A DNA stretch of 64,000 bases from the NCBI RefSeq assembly GCF_009914755.1, contig NC_060940.1. The stretch is one strand, 5' to 3'. Below the pieces are notes generated by a model. The model made no database searches. It saw only the letters and a list, made by a program, of their open reading frames with translations, and was not told the origin of the DNA. The position numbers were made by a program, and so were the translations under genes. Origin of the DNA: the human T2T-CHM13v2.0 reference genome, Homo sapiens. This document shows, piece by piece, positions 48,215 to 62,996 of this stretch. Within the stretch, counting starts at the first letter, position 1; each line of letters opens with the position of its first letter.

Positions 48215-51200
48215 GTGCATCACTTCACCTCATCATTTCATCTCATTTCATCATTTCATCTCATCATTTCATCTCATTTTATCTCATCTCATATCATCTC
48301 ATCATTTCATCAAATCTCAACTCATTTCCATTTCATTTTCATTATTTCATTTCACTATTTCATTTAATTTCATCTAATTTCATTTATTTCATTATGTCAC
48401 TTCATATCATCTCATTTCATCTCATCATTTTTCATATCATTTTTCATCTCATCATTTCATCTCAATTCATTTCATCTCATCATTTCATCTCATCTCATCA
48501 TTTCCTCCTTTCAACATTTCATCTCATCATTTCTTCTCATCTCATTTCAATTTCATTTCATTATTTCATTTCATCTCATTTCATTATTTCACCTAGTCTC
48601 ATTATTTCATCTCATCTCATCTCAATTCATCTCATCTCATTTCATCTCATCATTTCATCTCATCATTTTTCATCTCATTTAATCTCATTTCATTTCATTT
48701 TGTCTCATCATTTCAGCTCATCATTTCATCTCACCGCATCTCTTCATTTCATCATTTCATTTCAACATTTCATCATTTCATCTCATCTCATCTTTCAATT
48801 TCATTTCAATATCATTTCATCATTTCATCTCATTTCAATTCATCTCATCATTTCATCTCATCATTTTTATCTCATCATTTCATCTCATCATATCTCATTT
48901 CATCATTTCATCTCATTTCTTCTCATCATTTCATCTCATCAGTTTAACTCATTTCGTCTCATCTCAATTTCATTATTTCATTTCATTTCACTTTATTTCA
49001 TTTCATCTCATCTCATCATTTCATCTCATCTTACCTCATTTCATCTCATTTCTTCTCATCTCATCATTTCATCATTTCATCTCATTTCATCTCATTTCAT
49101 CTCATCTCACCTCATCTCATTTCATCATTTCATCTCATCCTTTCATTTCATCTCATCATTTCATCTCCTTTCATCTCATCTCACCTCAGCATTTCATCAT
49201 TTCATCTCATCATTTCTTATTTCATCTCATTTTATCTCATCATTTCATCTCATCTCATCTCAATTCAATTTCCTTCATTATTTCATTTCATCTCATTCAT
49301 TTCATCTCATTTCATTACATCTCATCATTACATCTCATCTCATCTCATCATTTCATCATTTCATCTCATCATTGCATCTCATCATTCATCTCATCATTTC
49401 ATCTCATCTCATCATTTCCATTTCATTTCCATTTCATTATTTCATTTCATCATTTAATTTCATCATCTCATTTAATTTCACCTCATTTCATTATTTCATT
49501 TCATTATGTCATTTCATTTCATCTCATTACATTTCATCTAATTTCATTTCATCTAATTTCATCTCATCATCTCATTTCATCTCATCTTTTCATCTCATCA
49601 TTTCATCTCATCATCTCATCAACTCATTTCATCTTATCATTTCATCATTTCATCTCATCATTTCATCTGATCTCGTATCTTCTCATCTCATTTCAATTTC
49701 ATTTCATTATTTCATTTCATTATTTCATGTCATGTCATCTCATCATTTCATCTCATCACATCTCATCATTTCATCATTTTATTTCATTTCATCTTATTTC
49801 ATCTCATCTCAATTTTATTTCAATTTCATTTTATTTCATTATTTCATATCATTTCATCTCATTATTTCATTATTTCATTTCATTTCATCTCATCAGTTCA
49901 TCTCATCATTTCATCTCATCATCTCCTCTTATCTATTTCATCTCATCATTCATCTCATCATTTCATATCATCATTTTATCTCACCATTTCATTTCATCTC
50001 ATCTCATCATTTCATCTCATTTCATCATTACATCTTATTTCATCTCATTTTATGTCATTTCATGTCATCATTTCATCACATCTCGTCTCATCTCATCTTT
50101 TCATCTCATCATTTCATCTCATCATTTCAACTCATTGCATCTCATCTCATCATTTCCATTTCATCATTTCATTTATTTCATTTCATTATGTCATTTCATC
50201 TCATCACATTTCATCTCACCTCATTTCATCTCATCTCATCATTTCATCTCATCATTTCATCTCATTTCATCTCATTATTTCATCTGATTTCATGTCATCA
50301 TATCATGTCATCATTTCATCTCATTTCATCACATCTCATCTCATCATTTCATCTCATCATTTAATCTCATTTCATCTCATCATTTCATCTCATCTCATCA
50401 TTTCATCATTTCATCTCATCATTTCTTATTTCATCTCATTTTATCTCATCATTTCATCTCATCTCATCTCAATTCAATTTCCTTTCATTATTTCATTTCA
50501 TCTCATTCATTTCATCTCATTTCATTACATCTCATCATTACATCTCATCTCATCTCATCATTTCATCTCATCATTGCATCTCATCATTCATCTCATCATT
50601 TCATCTCATCTCATCATTTCCATTTCATTTCCATTTCATCATTTAATTTCATCATCTCATTTAATTTCACCTCATTTCATTATTTCATTTCATTTTTTCA
50701 TTTCATTATGTCATTTCATTTCATCTCATTACATTTCATCTAATTTCATCTCATCATTTCATTTCATCTCATCATTTCATCTCATCTTTTCATCTCATCA
50801 TTTCATCTCATCATCTCATCAACTCATTTCATCTCATCATTTCATCTCATCTCGTATCTTCTCATCTCAATTTCATTTCATTATTTCATTTCATTATTTC
50901 ATGTCATGTCATCTCATCATTTCATCTCATCACATCTCATCATTTCATCATTTTATTTCATCATTTCATCTTATCATTTCATCTCATCTCATTCCAATTT
51001 TATTTCAATTTCATTTTATTTCATTATTTCATATCATTCATCTCATTATTTCATTATTTCATTTCATCTCATCAGTTCATCTCATCATTTCATCTCATCA
51101 TTTCATCTCATCATCTCCTCTTATCATTTCATCTCATCATTCATCTCATCATTTCATATCATTTCATATCATCACTTTATCTCACCATTTCATTTCATCT

Positions 51201-52060
51201 CATCTCATCATTTCATCTCATTTCATTCATTACATCTTATTTCACCTCATTTTATGTCATTTCATGTCATCATTTCATCACATCTCGTCTCATCTCATCT
51301 TTTCATCTCACCATTTCATCTCATCATTTCAACTCATTGCATCTCATCTCATCATTTCCATTTCATTATTCCATTTCATCATTTCATTTATTTCATTTCA
51401 TTATGTCATTTCATCTCATCACATTTCATCTCATCTCATTTCATCTCATCATTTCATCTCATCATTTCATCTCATTATTTCATCTGATTTCATGTCATCA
51501 TTTCATCTCATTTCATCACATCTCATCTCATCATTTAATCTCATTTCATCTCATCATTTCATCTCATCTCATCATTTCATCATTTCATCTCATCATTTCT
51601 TCTCATCTCATCATTGCCATTTCATTATTTCATCATTACATTTCATAATTTCCTTTCATTATTTGATTTCATCTCATTTCATTATTTCATCTCATTTTTC
51701 ATCTCATTTCATCATTTCGTCTTATCATCTCATCTTATTTCATTGTTTCATCTTATCGTTCATCTCATTTCATCTCATCATTTTATCTCATATCATCTCA
51801 TCTCATCTCAATTTCATTATTTCATATCATTTCATTTCATTATTTCATTTCATCTCATCATTTCTTCTCATCATTTCATCTCGTTTCATCTCATCATTTC
51901 ATCCATCATCTCATTTCATCTCATCTCATCTCCTTTCAATTTCTTTTCAATTTTGTCATTTTATCTCATCATTTCATCTCATCATTTCTACTCACCATTT
52001 CATCTCAAAATTTCATCATTTCATCTCATCTCAAGTAATCTTATCATTTCATCTAAGTGA
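48215..52060. repeat. (CATTT/CATCT/CAT)n satellite-like array (HSat2/3-related pentamer family but largely lacking canonical CATTC)
   Basis: Directly visible; the + strand is almost devoid of G; recurrent 13-mer CATCTCATCATTT. Confidence 0.93.
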
Positions 52061-52199
52061 AATGATGTAATGGAATCATGAAATGAAATGGATAGGATGC
52101 CCTCAGTGATGTTAAATTTAAAAATTGTTTGTTTTCATGTATTCATTTTTATATTTATATGTATTTATATTTATATTTACTTATATTTCTTTTTACTTA

Positions 52200-52678
<479 letters not shown>

Positions 52679-53069
52679 TAAGTAATATGAATATTCTGTA
52701 CAGGAAATATGCCCTTAATTACATAGGAATAAACATTTGTTACACTGAGAAAAATCTAATAGAGCTAAAAATAAAAATTAATTTGGAGAGGTCATTAGAT
52801 ACTCATACATTCTTACGTTTATATATTCTTTCATATATTCATATAGTCTTTTAACAGTATCAATGGTTTGGAGTTATGTGTACAAAACCATGACCTACAT
52901 GTAATACAACTAATAACAAGCACTTACAATTCAAGGCATATTATATACAAAGCTTTAACTTCTCATCTTCAGATTTTGTTTTTTTTCTTTCTGTTTTGGC
53001 AGATACTATGAACACAACATTCAACTCACAGACACTATGGAGCCCTTACTAAGCATAAAGTACTGTGAA

Positions 53070-56000
53070 AGGCCAGGGCTAGGACAGAACTGAGACAGGG
53101 CCAGGGATAGGACAGAACCAGGGCAGGGTCATGGCCAGAGAAAAACCAGGGGCAGGGTCACAGCCAGGGACATAAGAGGACCAAGGCCAGGGCCAGAAGT
53201 AGGGCAGAACCAGGGCCAGGGCAGGGACATGGCAGGGCCAGGGCCATGGCAGGATCAGGGCCAGCAGAAGGCCAGGGCAGGGCTAGGGTAGCACAGGGCC
53301 AAGGCAGGGCAGGGTCAGTGTAGAGCAAGGAACGGGCCAGGGTATGGCAGGGCAGGGACAGGGAGGTCCAGGGCCAGAGTCAGGTCCAGGACATGGACAG
53401 GGCAGGGCCAGAAACATGGCAGGACCAGAAAGGGGAAAGGGCAAGGGCAAGGCCAGAGAAGGACCACAGTAAAAACATGGCCAGGGAGGGTCCAGGGCAA
53501 GGGCAAGGCCAGGGCAGAACCAGAGCCAGGGCAGGCCAAAGGCAGGGCCAGGTCAGGGCAAGGCCAGGGTAGGGCAGGGCCAGTGTAGGGTGAGGGTAGG
53601 GCCAGGGCAAGTTCAGGGCCAGGGCAGGACTAAGATAGCACAGGGCCAAGGCCAAGGCCCTGTACTAAGATAGCACAGGGCCAGGGCAGGGCCAAAGGAG
53701 GGGCCAGGGCCAAGCATGGCCAGTGTGGGGCCTGGGGATTGTCAGGGCCAGGGCCAGGGTCAAGGCTGAGCCAGGAACAGGGCCAGAGCAAGGGCAGGGC
53801 CAGGGAGAAGGCAGAACCAGAGAGCATCCAGAGAAAGGGCAGGGCCAGGGCAGAACCAGGACCAGGATAAGGCAAAGCCAAGGCCAGGGCAGGGCAAGGC
53901 CAGGGCAGGGCAAGACCAGGGAAGGGCAAGGCCAGGGTAGAAATGGCCAGTGTACGGCCAGGCCAGGGTAGGAAAAGGCCACGGTAGGGCCAAGGCCAAG
54001 GCGGGGCACGGCTAGGGTAGCACAGGTCATGGCCAAAAACAGGGCAGGGCCATAGCAGTGGCAGGACTAGCAACAGGGCCAGGGTAAGCGCTGGACCAGA
54101 GCATGGTGGGGACAATACAGGGCCAGGACAGATGATGGCAAGGCAGGTCCAGGGTCATTTCATGGACTCGGTAGGCCTGGGGTCAGGCCAGGGCAGGGAA
54201 AGAGCAAGGCCAGGGAGAAGGCAGAGGCAGGGCCAGGGCCAAGGCACTGCCAGGGCAGGGCAGGACCAGTGCAGGGTGAGGGAAAGGCCAGGGCATGGAA
54301 GGGCAGGGCAGGACCAAGGAAGGGCCAGGAGAATGCCACGGCAGGGTCAAGGCCAGAACAAGGGTACGGGTGGGGTCAGAAATATGGTAGGGCAAGGGCT
54401 GGGCCCAGGCTGGGACATGCAGGGCAGAGCATGGCCTGTGCAAGGCAGGGCCAGAGCCAGGCCATAGAGATGGGAGGGCAACACCAAGGCAGAGTCAGGG
54501 TAGATCCAGGGCTGAGCAGAGTCAGGGCAGGTCCAGAGTCGAGGCAGAGCTAGGGCCCAAGCAGGGCCATGGCAGCACCAGGGCAGAAAAGGGCAGGGCA
54601 ATGCAGGACTGGGCCATGGCAGTGCCTGGTCAACTCTGGGGCAGGGCCAGAAGCAGGACAGGGCCAGGGCCAATGCTCAGACCAGGGACAGGGCATGACA
54701 GGAAGTGCCAGAGCAGGGCTGGGCCAACGTTGGGACAGGGCAAATCAGACCAGGACACCTCCAAGTCCAGCTCTGGCCCTGCCTTGGCCCTGGCCCCTTC
54801 CTGACCTGACCTTGTCCCTGGCCCTGCCCTATCCACGCCCGGTGTGTTTGACCAGTGTTTTATAACCAGAATCCTACAAGAAACTTAAATCAGCTCTTTT
54901 TGTGCATTTTTAGTAGAGATGGGGTTTCACAATGTTGCCCAGGCTGGTTCCAAACTCCTGAGCTCAAGCCATTTGCCTGCCTTGGCCTCCCAAAGTGCTG
55001 GGATTACAGGAGTAATCTGGCCAAGTATTTAACTTCTTTATGCCTGTTTCCTACATTTGGAAAATGGGGATGCTTTAAGTACCTAGCACATAGAATTATT
55101 GTGAGAATCAATGCCTCACATATTTACATATTGATAAAATTGTACTCATAGAACACTACTGGAAGCAAAGATAGTATTAGTTAAAATTTAGTGATTATTT
55201 ACTGCAAATATTATTACTATTACAAACAACATAGTATGGACATTATTACCACTACCATAGTTATCTTAAAAATCTAAAATAAAAATTTTATGTAATAGCC
55301 TAATATAATCTCTCCTGCTCTGCTCCGGCTCAGCCCTAGTGCCGGCTCTGCCCCTAGTCCTACCACATCACTGGCCCTGACCCTTCCCTGGTCCTGCCGC
55401 TGCCCCAGCCCTTCCCATCTTCAGGCCTTACCATGGCCCTACCCTGGTCCTGACCCTGGCCCTACCCCAGAGAAGGGGTATGGCAGAGCCAGGGAAGGGC
55501 CGGGGCAAATAAGGGACAGGACACATCCAAATCCAGGAAAGGGCCGGGGCCATGACAGAGCCAGGGCGAGTCCTTGGCAGGGCCAAGTTCCAGGCCAGGG
55601 CCAGGAAAGGGTCATGGCAGGGTCACTGTACGGCCAAGGTCCAGGCCAAAGCCAAGGCAGGGGCACGGTCAGGCCTGCATAAGGGCAGGACCAGAGCCAG
55701 TGATACGGCAGGGCCAGGGCTGTGCCAGGACAGAACAAGAGCAGAGCAGGGCAGGACCAGAGCCAGGCCATAGAGAGAGTAGGGCAAATGCCAAGCCAAG
55801 GCCAGGGTAGTGCCAGGGCTGAGGCAAGGTCAGGGAAGGTCCAGGGCTGAGTCAAGGCTGGAACCAAGACAGGGGCAAAGGCCGGGGCAGATCTAGGGCA
55901 CAAGCAGGGCAGGCTAGGGCAGGCCAATGGCAAGACCAGGCCATGGCAGGGCCAGCCCAGGATAGAACAGGGCACAGGCAGGGCGGGGCCGGGGCCACGG

Positions 56001-59000
56001 CTGGGGCAGGACAAGGACCAGTACCGGGGTCCAGGCCAGGGCAAAGGTATGGCCAGGGCAGAGGTAGGACCAGAACCAGGGTCTGGGTAGGACCAAGGAG
56101 GGTCCATTGCAGGGCCAGGGTTCAGACCAGGGCCAGAACAGGGCTGGGACAGGGCCGGGGCCAGGACCAGGAAAGGGCAATGTCAGGATAAGAGCCATGG
56201 CAGGACCAGCAATGGGGCTAGGGCCAGGAGAGGGACAGGGACAGGGTCAAGGCTAGGGCCAGAATAGCATGCCAGGGTAGAGCCGGCCAAATTAGGGCCA
56301 GGACAGGGTCAGGACCAGGGCTGGGACAGGTTATGGCCTTAAGTAGCAAAGGGCCAGGGCCAGGGTCCATGCCAGTGACAGCGCTGGTCCAGGGCAGAGG
56401 CAGGGCCATGGCCAGGTCAAGGACAAGGCTGGGGCAGGGCCAAGGTCTGGGTCAGGGTCAGCACAAGACCAGGACAGAGCCAGGAGAGGGACAGGGCCAT
56501 GGTAGGGCCAGGTTAAATCAGGGACAAGACACCTGCAAATCCAATTCAGGGCCAGGGTCAGGGCAGGGCCAGTTCAGGGCCAGGGCCAAGACAGGGCCAG
56601 GGCCAGGGCTGTCAGGGTCATTGGCAGGGCAAGGGCCATGGCAGGATCAGGGTCAGGAGCAGGGGTCAATGCCAGGCCAATGCCACAGATAGGACCAGGT
56701 ATGTGCTAGGGCCAAGGCGGGGTCAGGGCAGGGCCAAAGGGAGGGCAGGGCCAGGGCAGGGTGGAGTAGGTCCAGGGTAGCACAGGGTTAAGGTAGGGCA
56801 CGACCAACCAGGGCAGGTCTATGGCTGGGGCCGGGGCAGGGCCAGGGCCGGGGCAGGGCCAGAGCCAGGGCAGGGCCAAGACAGTGGCAGCTCCAGGGCA
56901 GGGCCAGGGTTAGGACCACGGACATGTCCAAGGCCAGTGCCAGGGCAAAGACAAGGGCAGGGGCAGGGCCAGGGTCACCTAAGAACCAGGGACAAAGCCA
57001 GGCCCAGAGCAGGGCCAGGACAGGTACCTGGCAGGGCTAGGGTCTGGGGCAGGGCCATGGCAGGGCCAGGGCCACAGCCAGGTCTGTGCTATGGCCAGGT
57101 ACAACACAGTGCCCAGGTAAGGCTAGGATGAAGGCCAAGGTAGGGCCAGGGCAGGGTCAAAGCCAGGCTAGGGCCAAGGCAGGACCAGGGCCGTCAAGGA
57201 AGGGCCAGGAAAGCATAGGGCCAAGGCAGGGCAGGGCCAGGCCAGTGCCAAGACCTGGGCAGGGCCAGGGAACAGCCAGGGGAGGGCCAGGGCCAGGGCC
57301 TGGGCAAGACCAGGTTTGGGGCAGGAGCAAAACAAGGGCAAGGACAGTGCAGGATCTTGGCACAGCCAGGGTCCAGGATAGTGTCAGGGCAGGGCCAAGG
57401 CAGGGTCTGGGCCATGGTAAGACCAGCAACAGGGATGGGGCTAGGCCAGTGACAGGACCAGAGTCAGGGCAAGGGCCAGAGCAGTGCAAGGCCAGGGTAG
57501 GGCCAGGCATTTCAGGGTCAGGGCCAGAGGAGAACCAGGGCAAGGTCTCAAGCAGGGAAAGGCCAGGGCCAGGACAGGTCCAGGGCAGGGCCATGACAGG
57601 GCCAGGGGCTGTGTTAGGGCAAGGGCAGGGCCAGAGCAAGGTAAGGGTCAGGGCCAAGGCCAGGGTAGGGACAGGGCAAGAAATATGGCAGGACCAGGGG
57701 CAATGCCAAGGCCAAGGCTGGGCCAGGGCTGAGTCAGGGCAGGGCAGGGCAGGGCATGGTATGGCCAGTAGAGGACAGGACAAGAGCCGGTCCACAGAGA
57801 GAGCAGGACTGATGCCAAGAGAGAGCCAGGCTAGTGCCAAGGCTGAGGCAGTGTCAGAACATGTCCAGGGCAGGGCCGGGGCCAGGGCCAGAACTGAGCC
57901 AGGGCACAGCCAAGGCAGGGTAGGGCAGGGAAATAGCATGGCCGGGTCAGTACTGGGACAGGGCAGAGCAGGGCAAGGCAATGGTAGGGGCAGGGCAGGG
58001 ACAGGCCAATGCAGAGCCATGTTACGCCGGGGCCAGGACACCTCCAAGTCCACTTCAGGGCCAGGGCTATGGCAGGACAAAGACCAGGGCCAGGGTCAGG
58101 GCCAGGTCTGTGCTAGGGCCAGCTCCAGAGCAGGGCCTAGCGAAGACTAGGGTGAGGGCCAAGGTAAGGCCAGGGCAGGGTCAAAGGCAGAGTAGGGCCA
58201 GGGCAGGGTGAGGACACATCCAGAGCACAGCAGGGCAGGGTGATGGCCAGAGCAGGGGTAGACCACTGCCAGCTCAGGGCCAGGGAAAGGCCAGTGCAGA
58301 GCCAGGAAAGGGTCAGGGCCAGGACAAGGCAGAGCAGGGCCAGGGCCATGACAGAGTCAGGGCAGGTCCTTGACAGGACCAGGTTCCAGGCCAGGGCCAG
58401 GGCAGCAGCAGGGGCAGGGCCTGGATAAGGGCAGGGCCAGGGATATGGCAGGACCAGGGCTAGGGCCAGGGCCAGGCCGTAGTGAGGGCAGGGCAAAAGT
58501 CAAGGCAGGGTCTGGGCAGGTCCAGGGAGTGGCCAGCACCAAGCGGGGCCGAGGTACAACCAGTGCAGTGTAAAGCAGGGCAATGGCACCACTGGGCCAT
58601 GACAGGGCAAGGTCAGTGCCAGGAGAGGGCAGAAAAGGCAGGCCCATGGTAGGGCCAGGGCAGGGATGGGCCAAAGCAAGACCAGGACATGTCCAAGGCC
58701 AGGTCAGGGCCAGAACAGGAGTAGGACCATGACCACTGGCAGGGCCAGTGCCATGACATGACCAGGGTCAGGACAAGGGGTAGGGCCAGAGCCAGGGCCA
58801 GAGCCAAGGTCAGGCCAGTGCAGGTTCAGGGCAGGGCCAGTGCCAGTTCAGGGCAGGGCCAGTGCCAGGGCAAGACCAGGACAGGGACAGAGTAGCACAG
58901 GGCCAAGACAGGGTCAGGATGGGACCAGAGCAGGACAGGGCCGAGACAGTCCAGGTAACAGTAGGGCGGGTACAGGGCAATGCAGGGCAAAGCCAGGCCC

Positions 59001-59010
59001 ATTGCCAATG
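53070..59010. repeat. CAGGG repeat array, copy 2 (extended), interrupted at ~54760-55470 by opposite-strand stubs, an Alu fragment and MIR-like/AT-rich DNA
   Basis: Same repeat class as 17868-20870; 55852 onward is collinear with copy 1. Confidence 0.92.
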
Positions 59011-60276
59011 CACCAGCCTTCCCTACAAGGCTCCTACCACCTGGCCACTGCTGCAGCCCGTCCATCGCTGTAAGCCTGACCCCCAACCCTGGCTGCAGCC
59101 GCCTGCCCTCCTAGCGCGGCCGCTCTCCTACCGCTCTGGCGCACTGCAGTCTCTGTCGCTGCCACCCACCCGCAGTGAGGCAAGTCGTGGTGTCGCAGGC
59201 TCTAGGTGTCTCCTCCTCCTCCTGGCATGGAGCAGCTGGGTGGGCAAAGCCAGAAAAGCCTAGAGGAAGATGTGAGGGGTGGAAGGGTTAGAGCCTCAAC
59301 TTGTCATGCTGGCCACTGGGTGGCAGGGGCCAGTTTCAGCAAAGGCACTCACACCCACCCTCCAAAGTCCAGCCTCTCCTTTTGGCCCAAGCTGGCCGGG
59401 AACTGGGGTCTGGGGTGGGTGCTGGAGACACCACAGCACCCAGCTCCCCACTCCACAGGAACCATTGGGCCCACCGGGGCTGCACTCCTCGGGGAGCAGG
59501 AGAAGCAGAAAAATTCAGACCCAGCCAGCCCTCCGCACCCAGGTGCCAATTCCTGTTCCAGACGCCTCCGCACCCAGGGCCCTGTCCCCCGTGGTGTCCC
59601 CAGGGGTGCCTGGCAGCCTCTGAGGCACAGACCCAGAGTGCACAGGCCCAGGAACCATGGTGGGTGTGGGGGTTCTGCCGTGCTCAGGATTCCCACGCAA
59701 ACGCTGCGTGCCTGCCGCATTCCAGAATGACCAAGAGTGGGTCGCCCTCTGGAATGTGGAGTCAGGGAGAGGAGAACCACTCCTTCCTTGGATGCCAACT
59801 CTGCTGACCACTGCCAGCAGTGCAGCCCCTGATAGCACCGAACTCGCCCCCGCTCCATGGATAGTCCTGCCCTCAATAGCGCCCCCCACCTCCATCCCCC
59901 AATGCCGCCAGTAGCATATACCTGATAGTGCCCTAACCTGTCCTCCTCCATGGGCACTGCAGCCCCAGAAAGTGCCCATAACCCACCCTCCCTGCCACGG
60001 GAAGTGCAGCCCTGTACAGTGCTACCAACCAGTGCCCCTAATGCAGGCAATGACACCCTGGATAGCACCCCCAACCCACCCCACACTGTGAAAGGTGCAG
60101 CCCTGGATAGCCCCTGTCCTACCACTCTGGTCGTGCTGCAGTCTCTGTCACCGCCACCATCAACCACAGTGAGGCAAGCCAGTGGGCCACAGGCTCTAGC
60201 ACTCAGCAGACAGACATGGAGCAGCTCTCGCCGATGACCAGCTCCACCACTCTGACCACACTGCTGTCTCCGTGGC
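59010..60276. repeat. REP522-like repeat, copy 2
   Basis: Paralogous to 20870-22140. Confidence 0.55.
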
Positions 60277-62330
60277 CATCTTCTTTGACTACAAAGGAAT
60301 AAAACTAGATATCAATAAGAAGAGTAATTTTGGAAACAATACAATCACATGGAAGTTAAACACTACCCACCTGAATAAATGACTAGCGGGTCAATGAAGA
60401 TAATAAGACAGAAATTCAAAAATTTCATGAAACAAAGGGTAACGAAAACACAGTATACCAAAACTTGTTATGCAGAAAGCAGTACAAAGGCAGAGATTTA
60501 CAGCTATAAGTGCCTACCATCCAAACAAAAGAAAAACTTCAAATAAACAATACATCTTAAATAACTAGTAAAGTAAGAACAAACTAAACCAAAAATAAGA
60601 AAAATAAATAAGATCGTAGCAGAAATAAAATTGAAAGAAAAAAACACACAAGATGAAATGAAAAGTTGGTTTTCTGGAAAGCAAAACAAAATTGACAAAC
60701 TTTTAACCAGGCTAACTAAGAAAAAAGAGACAAGATTCAAATAAATAAAATCAACAGATTAAAAAAGGGAGACATTACAACTAATACTTCAGAAATTCAA
60801 AGGATCATAACTGGCTATTATATGCCAATAAATTGGAAAGCCTAGTAGAAATTGGCAAATTCCTAGATGCATACAACCTACTTAGGTTGAACAATGAAAA
60901 CATCCAAGACCAGAACAGATTGGTAACAAGTAATGAGATTGAAGCCATCAGAAAAAGTCTCCCAGTAAAGAAAAGCCCAGGAACTGATGTCTTCACTGCT
61001 GATGGCTTCACACCAAACAATTTAATGACCTAGTACAAATCCTACTCAAACTATTTTGAAAAACAGGAGGGAATACTTCCAAACTTATTCTATGAGACCA
61101 TTATTACTGTGATACCAAAATCAGACGAAGGCATCAAAGAAGGAAACTACAGGCCAGTATCTCTAATATTGATGCAAAAATCCTCAACGAAATACCAGTG
61201 AATCAAATTCAGTAAAACATTAAAAAGATAATTCATCATGATCAAGTGGGATGTATCCCTGGGATGCAAGAGTCACTCAACATACAATGTGATACATCAT
61301 ATCAACCAAATAAACGACAAAAACAGTATGATCATGTCAACTGAAACTGAAAAAGCATTTGATGAAATTCAACATCCCTTCATGCTATTAATCCTCAAAT
61401 AAACGGGTACAGAAGAAACATACCACAACATAATAAAAACTACAGGAAAGACACCCACAGCTAGAATCATATGGAGAGAGGTCCAGGCTGCAGTGAGCTG
61501 TGATCCCACCACTGCACTCCAGCCTGGGCAACAGAGTGAAAGCCTGTCTCAAAAAAAAAATACATAAAAAGAGGTATGAACCTCTTTTATAGGTGCAGTG
61601 ACTCACATCTGTAATGCTAACACTTTCTGGGAGGCTGAGGTGAGAGGATCTCTTGAGGCCAGGAGTTCAAGATCAGCCTGGGCAAAATAGCGAGACCCTT
61701 TATCTACAAAAAATTTTTAAATATTTGCCAGGTGTGGTGGCACGTGCCTGTAGTCTTAAACAATTATCATATGACCCGGATAGTGTATTCCTTAGGGATA
61801 TACCCAAGGGAAATGAAAATATACATCCACACTAAAATTTGTACACAAATGTTCACAGCAGCATTGTGCATAATAGCCAAAAATTGGAAAAAAAACTCAA
61901 GTGCCTATCAACAGAGGAACTGAAAAAATATGGTATATCCATTCAAAAGATTACTCAGCATTAAAAAAGAATGAAGTGTTGATATACGCTACAGCATGGA
62001 TAAACCTTGAAAACACTGTGTCAAGTGAAATAAGTCAATCACAAAAGACCATATGTAGTAAGATTTCATTCTGTGAAACCTCCAGAACAGCTAAACTCAG
62101 AGACAGAAAGTAAGCTAGTTATTGCCAGGGACTAGGGGAAAAGGGAATAAGGATGACTGCTAATGGGTATGGGATTTCTTGTGGACTGATGAAAATGGTC
62201 TGAAAGTATCTAGATACCTGTCTTGTTTGTGCGATTCTGTGAACATATTATAAACCACAAAATTCTGCACTCAAGGGGTTGATTTCATGGTAGGTGAATT
62301 TATCTCATTTATCTTTATCTCAATAAAGCT
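60277..62330 (+). mobile_element. Old L1 fragments with Alu fragments, copy 2
   Basis: Paralogous to 22140-24185. Confidence 0.85.
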
Positions 62331-62519
62331 TTTTAAAGACACTTTAAAAAGACATATCTGTATAAGCTACAAAAATAACACACTGAGAGACTAAAATGCT
62401 TAATTTTTCCATTTTTCTTCTTCAGCGCAATCTCAAGTCCAAAAGTCTTTCCTTCCTATATATGCATATTTTGTCCAGTGAAACAAGAAACTCTATTAAC
62501 TTTATTAGAAATAAAAAAA

Positions 62520-62942
62520 AGCCATGTGTGCTGGCTCACAGCTGTGCTTCCAGCTATTCAGAAGGCTGAGGAAGAAGGATCACTTGAGGCCAAGACTGGG
62601 AGTTCAAGACCAGCTGAGGCAACATAGCTAGATCCTGCCTTTAAAAATATTTTTTAGGCCAGGCACGGGGGCTCACGCCTGTAATCCCAGCACTTTGGGA
62701 GGCCAAGGAGGGCAGATCATTTGAGATCAGGAGTTCAAAACCAGCCTGGACAACATGGTGAAACCCCATCTCTTCTAAAAATATAAAAATTAGCCAGGTG
62801 TAGTGGTGGGCACCTGTAATTCCAGCTACTTGGGAGGCTGAGGCAGGAGAATTGCTTGAGCCGGGAGGGTGGAGGCTGCAGTGAGGCCAAGATCATTCCA
62901 CTACACTCCAGCCTGGGTGACAGAGCAAGACTCCGTCTCAGG

Positions 62943-62996
<54 letters not shown>

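Noticed and set aside
48178-52070. 728-aa and 672-aa His/Ile/Ser/Phe-rich ORFs
   Set aside because: Translation of the G-poor CATTT array. Stops are rare by composition, and there is no promoter or splice context.
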